Assembly: GCA_002269645.1 (NCBI GenBank)
Contig: NIVC01000891.1
Coordinates: 353,783 to 417,782, forward strand
DNA: 64,000 nucleotides
Source: Macrostomum lignano
Lineage: Eukaryota
Direction of reading: 5' to 3'
Position numbers and translations under genes: made by a program. Of the stretch, positions 12,355 to 32,888 are shown one piece after another (position 1 is the first letter of the stretch; every line of letters begins with the position of its first letter). The notes under the pieces were generated by a model that was given only the letters and a program-made list of their open reading frames with translations, was not told where the DNA came from and searched no databases.

Positions 12355-12808
12355 AATAAATGACCCCCAATTACCCAAAATGACCGGCAATGACCCTATC
12401 TAACACCAAATGACCCAAAATGACCGGCAATGACCCTATCTAACACCGAATGACCCAAAATGACCGGCAATGACCCTATCTAACACCAAATGACCCCCAG
12501 TGACCGGCAATGACCCTGTCTAACACCAAATGACCCCTAATGACCGGCAATGACCCTGTCTAACACCAAATGACCCCTAATGACCGGTAATGACCCTATT
12601 TAACACCAAATGACCCCCAGTGACCGGAAATGACCCTGTCTAACACCAAATGACCCAAAATGACCGGAAATGACCCTGTCTAACACCAAATGACCCAAAA
12701 TGACCGGAAATGACTTTGTCTAACACCAAATGACCCAAAATGACCGGCAATGACCCTATCTAACACCAAATGACCCAAAATGACCGGAAATGACCCTGTC
12801 TAACACCA
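12355..12808. repeat. 40-bp minisatellite (~11 copies)
   Basis: Unit AATGACCGGCAATGACCCTGTCTAACACCAAATGACCCAA. Confidence 0.9.
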
Positions 12809-12876
12809 GCTGATCCACAACGACTCAAATGTCTAGCAAGCAACTCCCAGTTGAATCAGAGAAAAGCTCAACTTAC

Positions 12877-12929
12877 AGTCTGTCATTCAAGTCGGACTCA
12901 GCAGGCGCCAGCTCCTGCGGCAGCGTCAT
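12877..12929 (-). CDS. Otop: Candidate first coding exon of the otopetrin gene (MTLPQELAPAESDLNDR)
   Basis: ATG at 12929 with G at -3 and an in-frame TGA upstream. Strong GTAAGT donor (12876-12871) in phase 2, matching the phase-2 acceptor at 10146. Confidence 0.5.
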
Positions 12930-13634
12930 CTCCAAGCGTTCGGCGGAGGCGAGCTCTCAAATCCCTTCGAGCTGCAGCGGCAGAGCAGCGACCACGAAGG
13001 AGTTGAAGGCTTTTCCGGCGGTAAAAAATTGGCAAAGCAAGACACAGCAGGGAGCAAATTGAGAAACCGGTTGAGCAGGGGGGGGGGAGCTCAGCGGCCT
13101 TCATTGGCTGGCCCAATGCTCTCCAAGCCCTCTCCGTACAGTAGCGCTTCTGTCGGAGCTAAAAGTACACCGGGTTTTTTATCCGCGCGTTCTTTGATTG
13201 TCATCCGTCACCCGAGGACAGAGTATTGGAGTTGGGAGGGGGAGCGGCGCGATGGAAGCACAGGTTGGTTTCGTGTCGGACAAGAGGCTCCAGAGTAAAG
13301 ATATCCGCGTAGATATTGGAGACCAGAGCTCACTGGAGCTTGAGAGCGTAGTGTGGTGTTCCGTTTCCCGATGCTAATCTGAGGTGCAAATCGATGCAAA
13401 GATGAGGAATGAGGCGCATGCTTACGGCGAGGGAGGAAAATTCCCATTGGCCTTTGAGGGCAGCGAAAAACACTCAAAACTGACAGGTAAAAGGGAAAGC
13501 AGAAAATAGTGGTAAGGAGAGGAAATGGAGACCAAAAGATAAAAGATTGCGAAGTAGTTGGATTAAGAGAGAGAGGGTATAGGGAAAGGGAGAGTAGGGG
13601 AGAGGGAGACGGAGGGAGAGAGATGATAGAGAGA

Positions 13635-16600
13635 GGGAGAGTACAGGAGAGGGAGAGAGGACAGGAAAGGGAGAGGACAGGAGAGGGAGAGCACAGGGGA
13701 GGGAGAGCACGGGGGGAGAGCACAGGGGAGGGAGAGCACAGGGGAGGGAGAGCACAGGGGGGGAGAGCACAGGGGAGGGAGAGAGGACAGGAAAGGGAGA
13801 GGACAGGAAAGGGAGAGGACAGGAAAGGGAGAGGACAGGAGAGGGAGAGCACAGGGGAGGGAGAGCACAGGGGAGGGAGAGCACAGGGGAGGGAGAGCAC
13901 AGGAGAGGGAGAGGACAGGAGAGGGAGAGCACAGGGGAGAGAGAGCACAGGGGAGGGAGAGCACAGGAGAGGGAGAGGACAGGGGAGGGAGAGCACAGGG
14001 GAGGGAGAGCACAGGGGAGGGAGAGAGGACAGGAAAGGGAGAGGACAGGAAAGGGAGAGGACAGGAGAGGGAGAGCACAGGGGATGGAGAGCACAGGGGA
14101 GGGAGAGCACAGGAGAGGGAGAGCACAGGGGAGAGAGAGCACAGGGGAGGGAGAGCACAGGGGAGGGAGAGCACAGGGGAGGGAGAGCACAGGGGAGGGA
14201 GAGCACAGGGGAGAGAGAGCACAGGGGGGAGAGCACAGGGGAGGGAGAGAGGACAGGAAAGGGAGAGGACAGGAAAGGGAGAGGACAGGAAAGGGAGAGG
14301 ACAGGAGAGGGAGAGCACAGGGGAGGGAGAGCACAGGGGAGGGAGAGCACAGGAGAGGGAGAGGACAGGAGAGGGAGAGCACAGGGAGGGAGAGCACAGG
14401 GGAGGGAGAGAGGACAGGAAAGGGAGAGGACAGGAAAGGGAGAGGACAGGAGAGGGAGAGCACAGGGGAGGGAGAGCACAGGGGAGGGAGAGCACAGGGG
14501 AGGGAGAGCACAGGAGAGGGAGAGGACAGGAGAGGGAGAGCACAGGGGAGAGAGAGCACAGGGGAGGGAGAGCACAGGAGAGGGAGAGCACAGGGGAGGG
14601 AGAGCACAGGGGAGGGAGAGCACAGGGGAGGGAGAGCACAGGGGAGAGAGAGCACAGGGGGGAGAGCACAGGGGAGGGAGAGAGGACAGGAAAGGGAGAG
14701 GACAGGAAAGGGAGAGGACAGGAAAGGGAGAGGACAGGAGAGGGAGAGCACAGGGGAGGGAGAGCACAGGGGAGGGAGAGCACAGGAGAGGGAGAGGACA
14801 GGAGAGGGAGAGCACAGGGGAGGGAGAGCACAGGGGAGGGAGAGAGGACAGGAAAGGGAGAGGACAGGAAAGGGAGAGGACAGGAGAGGGAGAGCACAGG
14901 GGAGGGAGAGCACAGGGGAGGGAGAGCACAGAAGAGAGAGAGCACAGGGGAGAGAGAGCACAGGGGAGGGAGAGCACAGGGGAGGGAGAGCACAGGGGAG
15001 GGAGAGCACAGGGGAGGGAGAGCACAGAAGAGAGAGAGAGCACAGGGGAGGGAGTGCACAGGGGAGGAAGTGCACAGGGGAGGGAGTGCACAGGGGAGGA
15101 AGTGCACAGGGGAGGGAGTGCACAGGGGAGGGAGAGCACAGGGGAGGGAGAGCACAGAAGAGAGAGAGCACAGGGGAGAGAGAGCACAGGGGAGGGAGAG
15201 CACAGGGGAGGGAGAGCACAGGGGAGGGAGAGCACAGGGGAGGGAGAGCACAGAAGAGAGAGAGAGCACAGGGGAGGGAGTGCACAGGGGAGGAAGTGCA
15301 CAGGGGAGGGAGAGCACAGGGGAGGGAGAGCACAGGGGAGGGAGAGCACAGGGGGGAGAGCACAGGGGAGGGAGAGAGGACAGGAAAGGGAGAGGACAGG
15401 AAAGGGAGAGGACAGGAAAGGGAGAGGACAGGAGAGGGAGAGCACAGGGGAGGGAGAGCACAGGGGAGGGAGAGCACAGGGGAGGGAGAGCACAGGAGAG
15501 GGAGAGGACAGGAGAGGGAGAGCACAGGGGAGAGAGAGCACAGGGGAGGGAGAGCACAGGAGAGGGAGAGGACAGGGGAGGGAGAGCACAGGGGAGGGAG
15601 AGCACAGGGGAGGGAGAGAGGACAGGAAAGGGAGAGGACAGGAAAGGGAGAGGACAGGAGAGGGAGAGCACAGGGGATGGAGAGCACAGGGGAGGGAGAG
15701 CACAGGAGAGGGAGAGCACAGGGGAGAGAGAGCACAGGGGAGGGAGAGCACAGGGGAGGGAGAGCACAGGGGAGGGAGAGCACAGGGGAGGGAGAGCACA
15801 GGGGAGGGAGAGCACAGGGGAGAGAGAGCACAGGGGGGAGAGCACAGGGGAGGGAGAGAGGACAGGAAAGGGAGAGGACAGGAAAGGGAGAGGACAGGAA
15901 AGGGAGAGGACAGGAGAGGGAGAGCACAGGGGAGGGAGAGCACAGGGGAGGGAGAGCACAGGAGAGGGAGAGGACAGGAGAGGGAGAGCACAGGGGAGGG
16001 AGAGCACAGGGGAGGGAGAGAGGACAGGAAAGGGAGAGGACAGGAAAGGGAGAGGACAGGAGAGGGAGAGCACAGGGGAGGGAGAGCACAGGGGAGGGAG
16101 AGCACAGGGGAGGGAGAGCACAGGAGAGGGAGAGGACAGGAGAGGGAGAGCACAGGGGAGAGAGAGCACAGGGGAGGGAGAGCACAGGAGAGGGAGAGCA
16201 CAGGGGAGGGAGAGCACAGGGGAGGGAGAGCACAGGGGAGGGAGAGCACAGGGGAGAGAGAGCACAGGGGGGAGAGCACAGGGGAGGGAGAGAGGACAGG
16301 AAAGGGAGAGGACAGGAAAGGGAGAGGACAGGAAAGGGAGAGGACAGGAGAGGGAGAGCACAGGGGAGGGAGAGCACAGGGGAGGGAGAGCACAGGAGAG
16401 GGAGAGGACAGGAGAGGGAGAGCACAGGGGAGGGAGAGCACAGGGGAGGGAGAGAGGACAGGAAAGGGAGAGGACAGGAAAGGGAGAGGACAGGAGAGGG
16501 AGAGCACAGGGGAGGGAGAGCACAGGGGAGGGAGAGCACAGAAGAGAGAGAGCACAGGGGAGAGAGAGCACAGGGGAGGGAGAGCACAGGGGAGGGAGAG

Positions 16601-17930
16601 CACAGGGGAGGGAGAGCACAGGGGAGGGAGAGCACAGAAGAGAGAGAGAGCACAGGGGAGGGAGTGCACAGGGGAGGAAGTGCACAGGGGAGGGAGTGCA
16701 CAGGGGAGGAAGTGCACAGGGGAGGGAGTGCACAGGGGAGGGAGAGCACAGGGGAGGGAGAGCACAGAAGAGAGAGAGCACAGGGGAGAGAGAGCACAGG
16801 GGAGGGAGAGCACAGGGGAGGGAGAGCACAGGGGAGGGAGAGCACAGGGGAGGGAGAGCACAGAAGAGAGAGAGAGCACAGGGGAGGGAGTGCACAGGGG
16901 AGGAAGTGCACAGGGGAGGGAGAGCACAGGGGAGGGAGAGCACAGGGGAGGGAGAGCACAGAAGAGAGAGAGCACAGGGGAAGGAGTGCACAGGGGAGGG
17001 AGAGCACAGGGAGGGAGAGCACAGAAGAGAGAGAGCACAGGGGAGGGAGTGCACAGGGGAGGAAGTGCACAGGGGAGGGAGAGCACAGGGGAGGGAGAGC
17101 ACAGGGGAGGGAGAGCACAGAAGAGAGAGAGCACAGGGGAGAGAGAGCACAGGGGAGGGAGAGCACAGGGGAGGGAGAGCACAGGGGAGGGAGAGCACAG
17201 GGGAGGGAGAGCACAGAAGAGAGAGAGAGCACAGGGGAGGGAGTGCACAGGGGAGGAAGTGCACAGGGGAGGGAGAGCACAGGGGAGGGAGAGCACAGGG
17301 GAGGGAGAGCACAGAAGAGAGAGAGCACAGGGGAGGGAGTGCACAGGGGAGGGAGAGCACAGGGGAGGGAGAGCACAGAAGAGAGAGAGCACAGGGGAGG
17401 GAGTGCACAGGGGAGGAAGTGCACAGGGGAGGAAGTGCACAGGGGAGGGAGTGCACAGGGGAGGAAGTGCACAGGGGAGGGAGTGCACAGGGGAGGGAGA
17501 GCACAGGGGAGGGAGAGCACAGAAGAGAGAGAGCACAGGGGAGAGAGAGCACAGGGGAGGGAGAGCACAGGGGAGGGAGAGCACAGGGGAGGGAGAGCAC
17601 AGGGGAGGGAGAGCACAGAAGAGAGAGAGAGCACAGGGGAGGGAGTGCACAGGGGAGGAAGTGCACAGGGGAGGGAGAGCACAGGGGAGGGAGAGCACAG
17701 GGGAGGGAGAGCACAGAAGAGAGAGAGCACAGGGGAGGGAGTGCACAGGGGAGGGAGAGCACAGGGGAGGGAGAGCACAGAAGAGAGAGAGCACAGGGGA
17801 GGGAGTGCACAGGGGAGGAAGTGCACAGGGGAGGGAGAGCACAGGGGAGGGAGAGCACAGGGGAGGGAGAGCACAGAAGAGAGAGAGCACAGGGGAGGGA
17901 GTGCACAGGGGAGGGAGAGCACAGGGGAGA
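13635..17930. repeat. 4.3-kb purine-rich 16-bp satellite with higher-order structure
   Basis: Unit GGGGAGGGAGAGCACA with variants GGAAAGGGAGAGGACA, GAAGAGAGAGAGCACA and GGGGAGGAAGTGCACA. T is almost absent from the + strand, so there are no stops and the 1000-1500 aa ORFs are spurious. Confidence 0.97.
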
Positions 17931-18788
17931 ACACAGGATACATGTAGGCAGCCAGATAAGGCACTGAGCATGTCTTTTTTACTGCACTTTTACGAGACAG
18001 CCAGTCAGACAAAGATGTCAACCTTCTAAACACTGGCCACGGCAGCATTAGCTGGTGCGGAAAAATCAATTACCGCAACTGTGTTCCATCTAGGCTGCGC
18101 TGCCACGCAATTTCAATCAGCGAAGCCACCTGCCTCAACTGCCTCTGGGCAAGGAGAGCTCAAGTTGAGCTTTCGTCACATGGAAAAGCAAATGTACCGA
18201 TGCTTGAGTTGAAAAACTTTCAATTTTGAGAGTTCTGCGATCACAGTGAAAATTTAAAACACAGACAGATAGACAGACAGAGTGAAGGACCAGAGACTGA
18301 GCATAGCAGAAGCCTGTCAGACCAACGCAGATCAAAGAGGTGAGTCCCAAATCGCAGAGGAACTCTAATTATAATTGCAACGGTCGTCAGCACACGGATA
18401 CGGGCCGTAGATCCCAGATGAAAGCCGTCACCGCATGCGCGAGGTTGGAGATGGGGCATCGAGTAAAAAAGGGAGCCGAGGAGATGCAAAGAAAAGTTAG
18501 CACTGACCAGCACGGATTACGAGCTAACCAGCAGTAGAGCTTGTACTGAACGTCAGACCATACTCGTACTTACAGGCCTTACTATGAAGCATACAGGTAG
18601 CCGGGGGCTGCATTAAACAGACATGGCAGTCACGTGAATTTCCAAATGCTTTGTTCTAAGACCGACAAGCCTTTCAAATTGATTAGCTTTTGCAATTGGC
18701 ATTTAAATTTTACAGTAACAATATGTGCAATGTAAAAAATGAAATTCGCCTACCTGTTTAACAGACTGAGGAGTCAGTGACGGCTCTG

Positions 18789-19520
18789 GCTGACACCCTA
18801 AAACCGGCAATGATCCAGAGTCCGACACCTAAAACCTATCAAGACCCTGTCTGACACCCTAAAACGGATGGAGACCCTGTCTGACACCCTAAAACGGATG
18901 GAGACCCTGTCTGACACCCTAAAACGGATGGAGACCCTGTCTGACACCCTAAAACGGATGGAGACCCTGTCTGACATCCCATAACGGATGGAGACCCTGT
19001 CTGACATCCCATAACGGATGGAGACCCTGTTTGACACCCTAAAACGGATGGAGACCCTGTCTGACACCCTAAAACGGATGGAGACCCTGCCTGACACCCT
19101 AAAACGGATGGAGACCCTGTCTGACATCCCATAACGGATGGAGACCCTGTCTGACATCCCATAACGGATGGAGACCCTGTTTGACACCCTAAAACGGATG
19201 GAGACCCTGTCTGACACCCTAAAACGGATGGAGACTCTGTCTGACACCCTAAAACGGATGGAGACCCTGTCTGACACCCTAAAACGGATCGAGACCCTGT
19301 CTGACATCCCATAACGGATGGAGACCCTGTCTGACACCCTAAAACGGATGGAGACCCTGTCTGACACCCTAAAACGGATGGAGACCCTGTCTGACACCCT
19401 AAAACGGATGGAGACCCTGTCTGACACCCTAAAACGGATGGAGACCCTGTCTGACATCCCATAACGGATGGAGACCCTGTCTGACACCCTAAAACCGATG
19501 GAGACCCTGTCTGACACCAA
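18789..19520. repeat. 30-bp minisatellite (~24 copies)
   Basis: Unit GAGACCCTGTCTGACACCCTAAAACGGATG. Confidence 0.95.
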
Positions 19521-20519
19521 AAAGCCGCAATGACCAAACCATAGGATAAGAATTAACTAAGAAAAAGATAATTAAGAAATCAAGAAAAGAAAATGATTAA
19601 AAAAAGGCAAATTCACTGCTGATGACATGCACTCAAGTGCACTGGAGTTCTGAAAGCAAATAAAGTACAAGTACATAAAAGAGTTTATTCTATCTGCTCA
19701 AAATCTAATCATTTACGCATCGGTGCACAATATCTCATAGGCTATATATAAAATATAAACAGAACAATAAAAAAGTTAAGCAAGCACAAAGAAGGGCTTC
19801 CCTGGTTGTCGGAATTTCGGTGAAGATAAACAACGCTAAACAACACACAGAAGAGCCCTCTCCGTCATGCAGTTCAAGTAGTAATGTGCGAGTAAACAAG
19901 GCTTAATAATGAAAAAGCTAAGAAGCGCAAGGAGGCTGCAGGATGAAGATTGAGTAACAGTCACCAAATGGTCCAAGCCAACCGCATCAGAAATGATACA
20001 CAGGAAAACAACTGGTCCAGTTTTGAAAGCACAGACAAAGATTCGCATTATCGATATTGGAAAACAATTCAACTAAGCAAATAGGAGAACCCTGCTTCAG
20101 TCTATCATAAAGAACTTGGAAATACAAAAGCAGAAAAACAGTTTGAGAAGAACAGCACGGTGCTTGACAGCCAGAAGCAGCTTAAAAGTTCAGTATAACT
20201 TATCAAGTCATAAACTTAACAGCCGTTTAGCACCAAACAATTTTATCCAATTGATTGATTCATTAATTTTTCTGACGCATATAACCTCTAGACAGTTTTC
20301 AATAACCAAAAACCAGAGTTAATAATCGCATTTAGCAAAACATGATTAACTATAAAATTATATATTATATTAACGCAGAAAAACTTACAGGCCGAAACGC
20401 CGACTAGACACAAAACTGTATCGAAAGTTGAGCATAATAATTTCTTGGTAAAACTAATTTTGCCAACTCTAGGAAGTTAGCTTAGAGTGAGCTTCACTTT
20501 CAACCGGAAATCACTTTAG

Positions 20520-21120
20520 CAACAGAATAGCAACGCCATGGCAACAGCATAGCATCGCCATGGAAACAGCATAACATCGCCATAGCAACAGCATAACATC
20601 GCCATAGCATCGCCATGGCAACAGCATAGCATCGCTATAGCAACAGCATAGCATCGCTATAGCAACAGCATAGCATCGCTATAGCAACAGCATAGCATCG
20701 CTATAGCAACAGCATAGCATCGCTATAGCAACAGCATAGCATCGCTATAGCAACAGCATAGCATCGCTATAGCAACAGCATAGCATCGCTATAGCAACAG
20801 CATAGCATCGCTATAGCAACAGCATAGCATCGCTATAGCAACAGCATAGCATCGCTATAGCAACAGCATAGCATCGCTATAGCAACAGCATAGCATCGCT
20901 ATAGCAACAGCATAGCATCGCCATAGCAAAAGCATAACATCGCCATAGCAACAGCATAGCATCGCCATGGAAACAGCATAGCATTGCCATGGCAACAGCA
21001 TAGTAACACTATAGCAACAGAACAAAATCGCAGTACAAAGAACATAGCATAGCCTTAGCAACAGCATAGTAACCCTATCGCAACGCCATAGCAACACAGC
21101 TTAGCATCACCATAAAAACA
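20520..21120. repeat. 22-bp minisatellite just downstream of the MARK stop codon
   Basis: Unit ATAGCAACAGCATAGCATCGCT; homogeneous core with degenerate edges. Confidence 0.9.
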
Positions 21121-21182
21121 GCAAAGCGTTCAAAAAACTATAAACCACTCTGTTGCTACGGTGTTGCCATGGCTCGCAAGCC

Positions 21183-28259
<7,077 letters not shown>

Positions 28260-28327
28260 TCAAGATGGAGAGTTTTGCGTGAAAAAACCGACCAATTCTA
28301 AGTACTAAAGAAGCGGATTCTTAAAAA

Positions 28328-28700
28328 ATGAGGGGCGGATTCTCAGGACTGAGCGGGCGGATTCTCAAAAACTTAGGAAGCAGATTCTCAAGGACTGAGA
28401 GGTGGATCAGGGGCAGATTCTCAAGGACTGAGAGGTGGATCAGGGGCGGATTCTTAAGGACTGAGAGGTGGATCAGGGGCAGATTCTCAAGGACTGAGAG
28501 GTGGATCAGGGGCAGATTCTCAAGGACTAAGAGGTGGATCAGGGGCGGATTCTCAAGGACTGAGAGGTGGATCAGGGGCGGATTCTTAAGGACTGAGAGG
28601 TGGATCAGGGGCGGATTCTCAAGGACTGAGAGGTGGATCAGGGGCGGATTCTCAAGGACTGAGAGGTGGATCAGGCAGGGACAGATTCTCAAGGACTGAG
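28328..28700. repeat. 33-bp minisatellite (~11 copies)
   Basis: Unit GGATTCTCAAGGACTGAGAGGTGGATCAGGGGC. Confidence 0.95.
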
Positions 28701-30197
28701 CCAATGTAAAATGAATTGCTATCAATGCAGAAATTAGCAAAAGAGCTTACTGGATTTTTAACAAAGCCTTCATGCACAGTGCCCAGCATCTTAGTGCCAG
28801 ATGACATTCAAATAGAATGTGGCGGAATTCAATTAGCCTCCTAAGCTATTGAAATCAAAGCAAGGTTTGAATTATTGCTACTTTGTTACAACAATGCTTG
28901 CACTCACAGCTCACTTTAATAGCTTCATTTTAAAGACTGAAAAATGTTGAGGCATTTTGAAAATAATCAGATTTTCATAAATACTATTGTTTTCATAAAT
29001 ATTATAAATAAAGTAATAGATATAGATATTTACCCTGCAATTTTGACAACTGTCTGTATACAATGATACAATAAGATAGCTATTATTAGCATTAGAATTA
29101 TAGCTAGTGATATGTTTAATTTTCTATTATTATTAGATCCTAATTTAGAACTTCATCAGATAAAATACAAAGTTGGTACTTATCAAGGAAAAATTCATCT
29201 ACTATTCATATTTTTCAAATTAAGAAATTTTTATCTATATCTATACCATGGTGTCTAATTTAGGTTGTATAGAACCATAAATCTTGGCAAGAGGCACAGA
29301 TAGAAACTAAATATACAAAAAATTAGCAATTCAGATATACTAAATAAAATGGTTTACTAAAACTAAAAAATACCAAGCAGGTGCCAATATGGTTGCCAAA
29401 TCATATTGCTATAACTGATAATATGGCACTGCTTGGTAATGCTCATTAACTATCTGACTTGCATTGCATATCTGGACACTTAACATCTATTGCACTCATT
29501 GCCAATGTACTTAGTGAGGAGTCCATTGTGATCAAAATTGTATATAGACAGACAGACAGTTTTGATTTTTATAGGTATAGAATATCCCAATAAAATGGCC
29601 AAAAAGTGCAACAACCCAGCAATCTAAAAACAATATAAAAGTTCAATTCAAAGCCTTAATATATAATATATCTATTATAACATGAAATCATTAGATACTT
29701 CTAGTTATTTTATTATTTTCCTTTGTATTTATATTATTTGTTGCATTGTATCAACTCTTTTCTGTTTACTTTAAGAGAGCTCTTTTTAATTATATTATTT
29801 TTAAGTTCTTTTATTTTAAGAGAATATAAGACTTCAACTGATAGCCAAACCAGCCTTTATATTATCTTGAAAATGACCCATGGCAACATGGTGCCTACAA
29901 TACTGGTATTAGTACAATGCGATCAAACCATTTCAAGCTTTAGCATATAGATAGATAGAAAGATGCAACATGCCATGCGTGCACCACTTCACTTTTACCA
30001 ATCCTTGTTACATTTGACACAGACAATCTTCAACTATTTTGACACAATCATGTACAATTTTGAGTCTCTATGTGCTATGTGCTTTTAAATTTAGGCTGCT
30101 TTTGTTAGCATGGCAGCCACCCCAACCTCTACTTGTCTCTCTTTCTTAATCTAGGCCCAATGTGTAAAGACGTCTATACTCCCAGTACCAGAACCAG

Positions 30198-30561
30198 CTG
30201 GGTTTTTTTTTTGCCCAAGACAAGGTGCGAAATCGCACCTTGTGCCAAATTTCAAGGTGCAATTTTAAGGCTCAGAGTGGAATTTTTCTTGAGTCTTGTT
30301 TCAGACAACTAGGAATGTATATTTTAGGCCCCCCCTAATATCTTATATAAGGCTATAGCTAGGCTATATCGCCTATACGACTTAATAGGATTTAAAGAGT
30401 TATTTTGTTTCATATTTTAAGGCAGTGCATGAAAAATAGCTTAAGCATGGTTAAGCCTTTAAAGAAAAATGGTAATAAGACCGCACCTACTTTTTTAATT
30501 TCAGGGTGCGATTTTAAAATTTAGGGTGCATATGCACACTCTGCGCACAAAAAAACCCTGG
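30198..30561. mobile_element. hAT-like MITE, ~364 bp
   Basis: Termini CTGGGTTTTT... and ...AAAAACCCTGG; 8-bp direct repeat AGAACCAG at 30190-30197 and 30562-30569. Confidence 0.55.
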
Positions 30562-30805
30562 AGAACCAGTACCAGAACCAGTACCAAAAAATAAAATACA
30601 AAATACCAGTAAAAAAACGAAAAATAACCAAGAAAAATGTCTAAAATAGTAAAAAATCAACTCTAGCAATTATTATAAGCGTTACCACAGCGTTCAACAT
30701 ATTTCGTTTCAGCGAATTACATTACAGCATAACTTAATGCCTATTAAAATGCCGATTTGAAAACTAAAAGTATGTCGCAGGTGCTGCCCCTGGTTTTAAT
30801 AATAT

Positions 30806-31065
30806 GGGCCTTTTCATATTACCAATTCCAGAACCAGAATCGGTTCGGAATTCCAAGAAAAACAGCAGTATAACTATTAAACTCTGTTAATATTTGACTG
30901 CTTTAACAACCTAACTTAGCACAATTTTTCACTTTCTTTTTGGCGATTGTCATTCAATAATAAAAAGTTTATAGCACGTATCTCCCTCTAGTTATGGAGA
31001 CAAAAAGTTATACTTCACAAATTGGTTCTGGTTCTGGAACCAGAGCAAGCAATATGAAAAGGCCC
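30806..31065. mobile_element. PIF/Harbinger-like MITE, 260 bp
   Basis: Perfect 15-bp TIR GGGCCTTTTCATATT / AATATGAAAAGGCCC with a 3-bp TAT duplication on both sides. Confidence 0.75.
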
Positions 31066-32888
31066 TATTTCTTTACTCATTCAATTTAATAGACATTTAT
31101 TAACTTTCAAAATTTGGTGCTTTTCCTTTTACGATAAGTGCAAGCCGTATTTTTTTGTTTTCCCATGTAGGGCCAAGTTACCGAGAATTTTGTCACGCAC
31201 CCCATCCCGCAATGGGATATTTTAATCTCCACCCCGTGCCAACTTGCTATCCCTCCGTTTGCCTTTTTGCGTACCACATTTAATTGCATGTTTTTTCATT
31301 ACTCTGCCGTCGCTGGACCAGACGCGTTTCGTATGCTTTCCTTAATCTGGTCCAGCGGCAAACTTTGCTCACGTTTACTTATAAAATGTGCGTCTGTTTG
31401 TGTTTTGGTTTAACTGCCTCCTCCTCCACCACCTCCTCCTCCACCTCCTCCTCCTCCTCCACCTACTTTCCCTCCGTTTTGACGCGTTAGTTTAATTCTG
31501 TACTCCTTCTGCTTACTCTCTTAGTTTTATTTCATTTTAATTAATCGTCGCACCGCGGCCCGCCGAAGCTCATCCTCGTCAGTAATAATAATCTATTCAT
31601 CCTGCTCAATAAATCCCAGCAAATAAAGAAATAATATCGATTCAATTCATTAATACATTAATAGTTGACTTTAAGCCGTAGCCTATCTTGAATCTTTTGC
31701 CCGTGGGGCGTAAAATAACCAAGTTTCCTCAGCTAAAGAAAAGCTCCGAGACTTATCCGTTCCGTAATACGTAAATTACGGTGGTGGCAGCTCTACCCTA
31801 CTGGAAGTAATAAGCTCAGCAAAACGACACATTAATTACGGTGCCTACATTTCCGGTGTTTTCATCGCTTTGAACGACCGCGCCGCTACACGACCGCTCC
31901 GCTACGAGTACGACTACCCTCCCCCCGGACTTGAGGACCCCGGCTGTCGGAGTAAAAGGAGAAGATTACGTTGTGATTCGCCTGCGCGAAATTTCCGGCT
32001 TTACTCGTGCGAACGCAACGCCACCGGGTTTACACGAAAACCGGCCAACTTTCAACTTTGTCAATTCTTCTCCACCCCCACCTCAAGTAAAACACCGAAA
32101 TTTAACATTCTAGCTAAAAAACCTTAAAACAAATATAAATAAAACTAAAAAATCTACCAACAATTGTTGGTGATGCCATAGATACAATATAAATATACCA
32201 AAAAACTGTACATGTAATATGTTCAATTCCTGTAAATTTTTCACCAAAATTACTTTAGTTTACTTCGGCAGGAATCATTGTGAGTACGAAGCTGAAAACT
32301 GAGATCTGGAAGGAAACATTATCAATCTAGAAGCCTACAAGACGCCAAGGCTCCATCTGTTCGAACTTACAGACTCTTGAATGCCCCCCTCAGTCCATTA
32401 TCCCCTCTCAGACGGCAGGGCGCTGTGTGTTGCTTCTGTTGCGGCACTGCCATTTGCGACTTGTTAATGCTTGAAATTAGTTGTGGTAAATTTGATAATA
32501 GGTCTTTGTACGAAGTTGTCGCTTTTGTTTATTTTGTTTGATTTGCCTTTTGTCAGACGTTTTCGGTGTCTTTTTTTGTAATACTTTTATCTTTCGTCTG
32601 ATGCTGTCAATGTCCTCTGTTCCGTCTTCTGTCTGTTTTTATTCCCTCTTAGTCCCTGTTCGCCGCACTAAACCCCGTCTGTAAGTCCCCAATTCTTATG
32701 TGGTTAGTCTCATGGTATGAAAGAGCTTTACGCTTAGATCTGCCCGATTGAATGGATCGTCCAATAAGGATGCTTCTGCTTAATTCCATGGACGACGATT
32801 CCTCATTGCTCACTCCATATATGCAGCTGCTTTCATTGTTGTCCAACTTAAACTCGCCAACATAGCTTTCTGTCTTGTCTTTCAAATC

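Noticed and set aside
13208-18069. Several 965-1587 aa ORFs on both strands
   Set aside because: They come from the T-free 16-bp satellite: open in multiple frames, no domain, no splice context.
31284-32127. Candidate first exon of MARK and + strand 85-aa ORF
   Set aside because: The CpG-rich, promoter-like region gave no ATG-to-phase-0-donor exon (the obvious ATG at 31865 hits TAG after 6 codons). The + strand ORF has no recognisable features.
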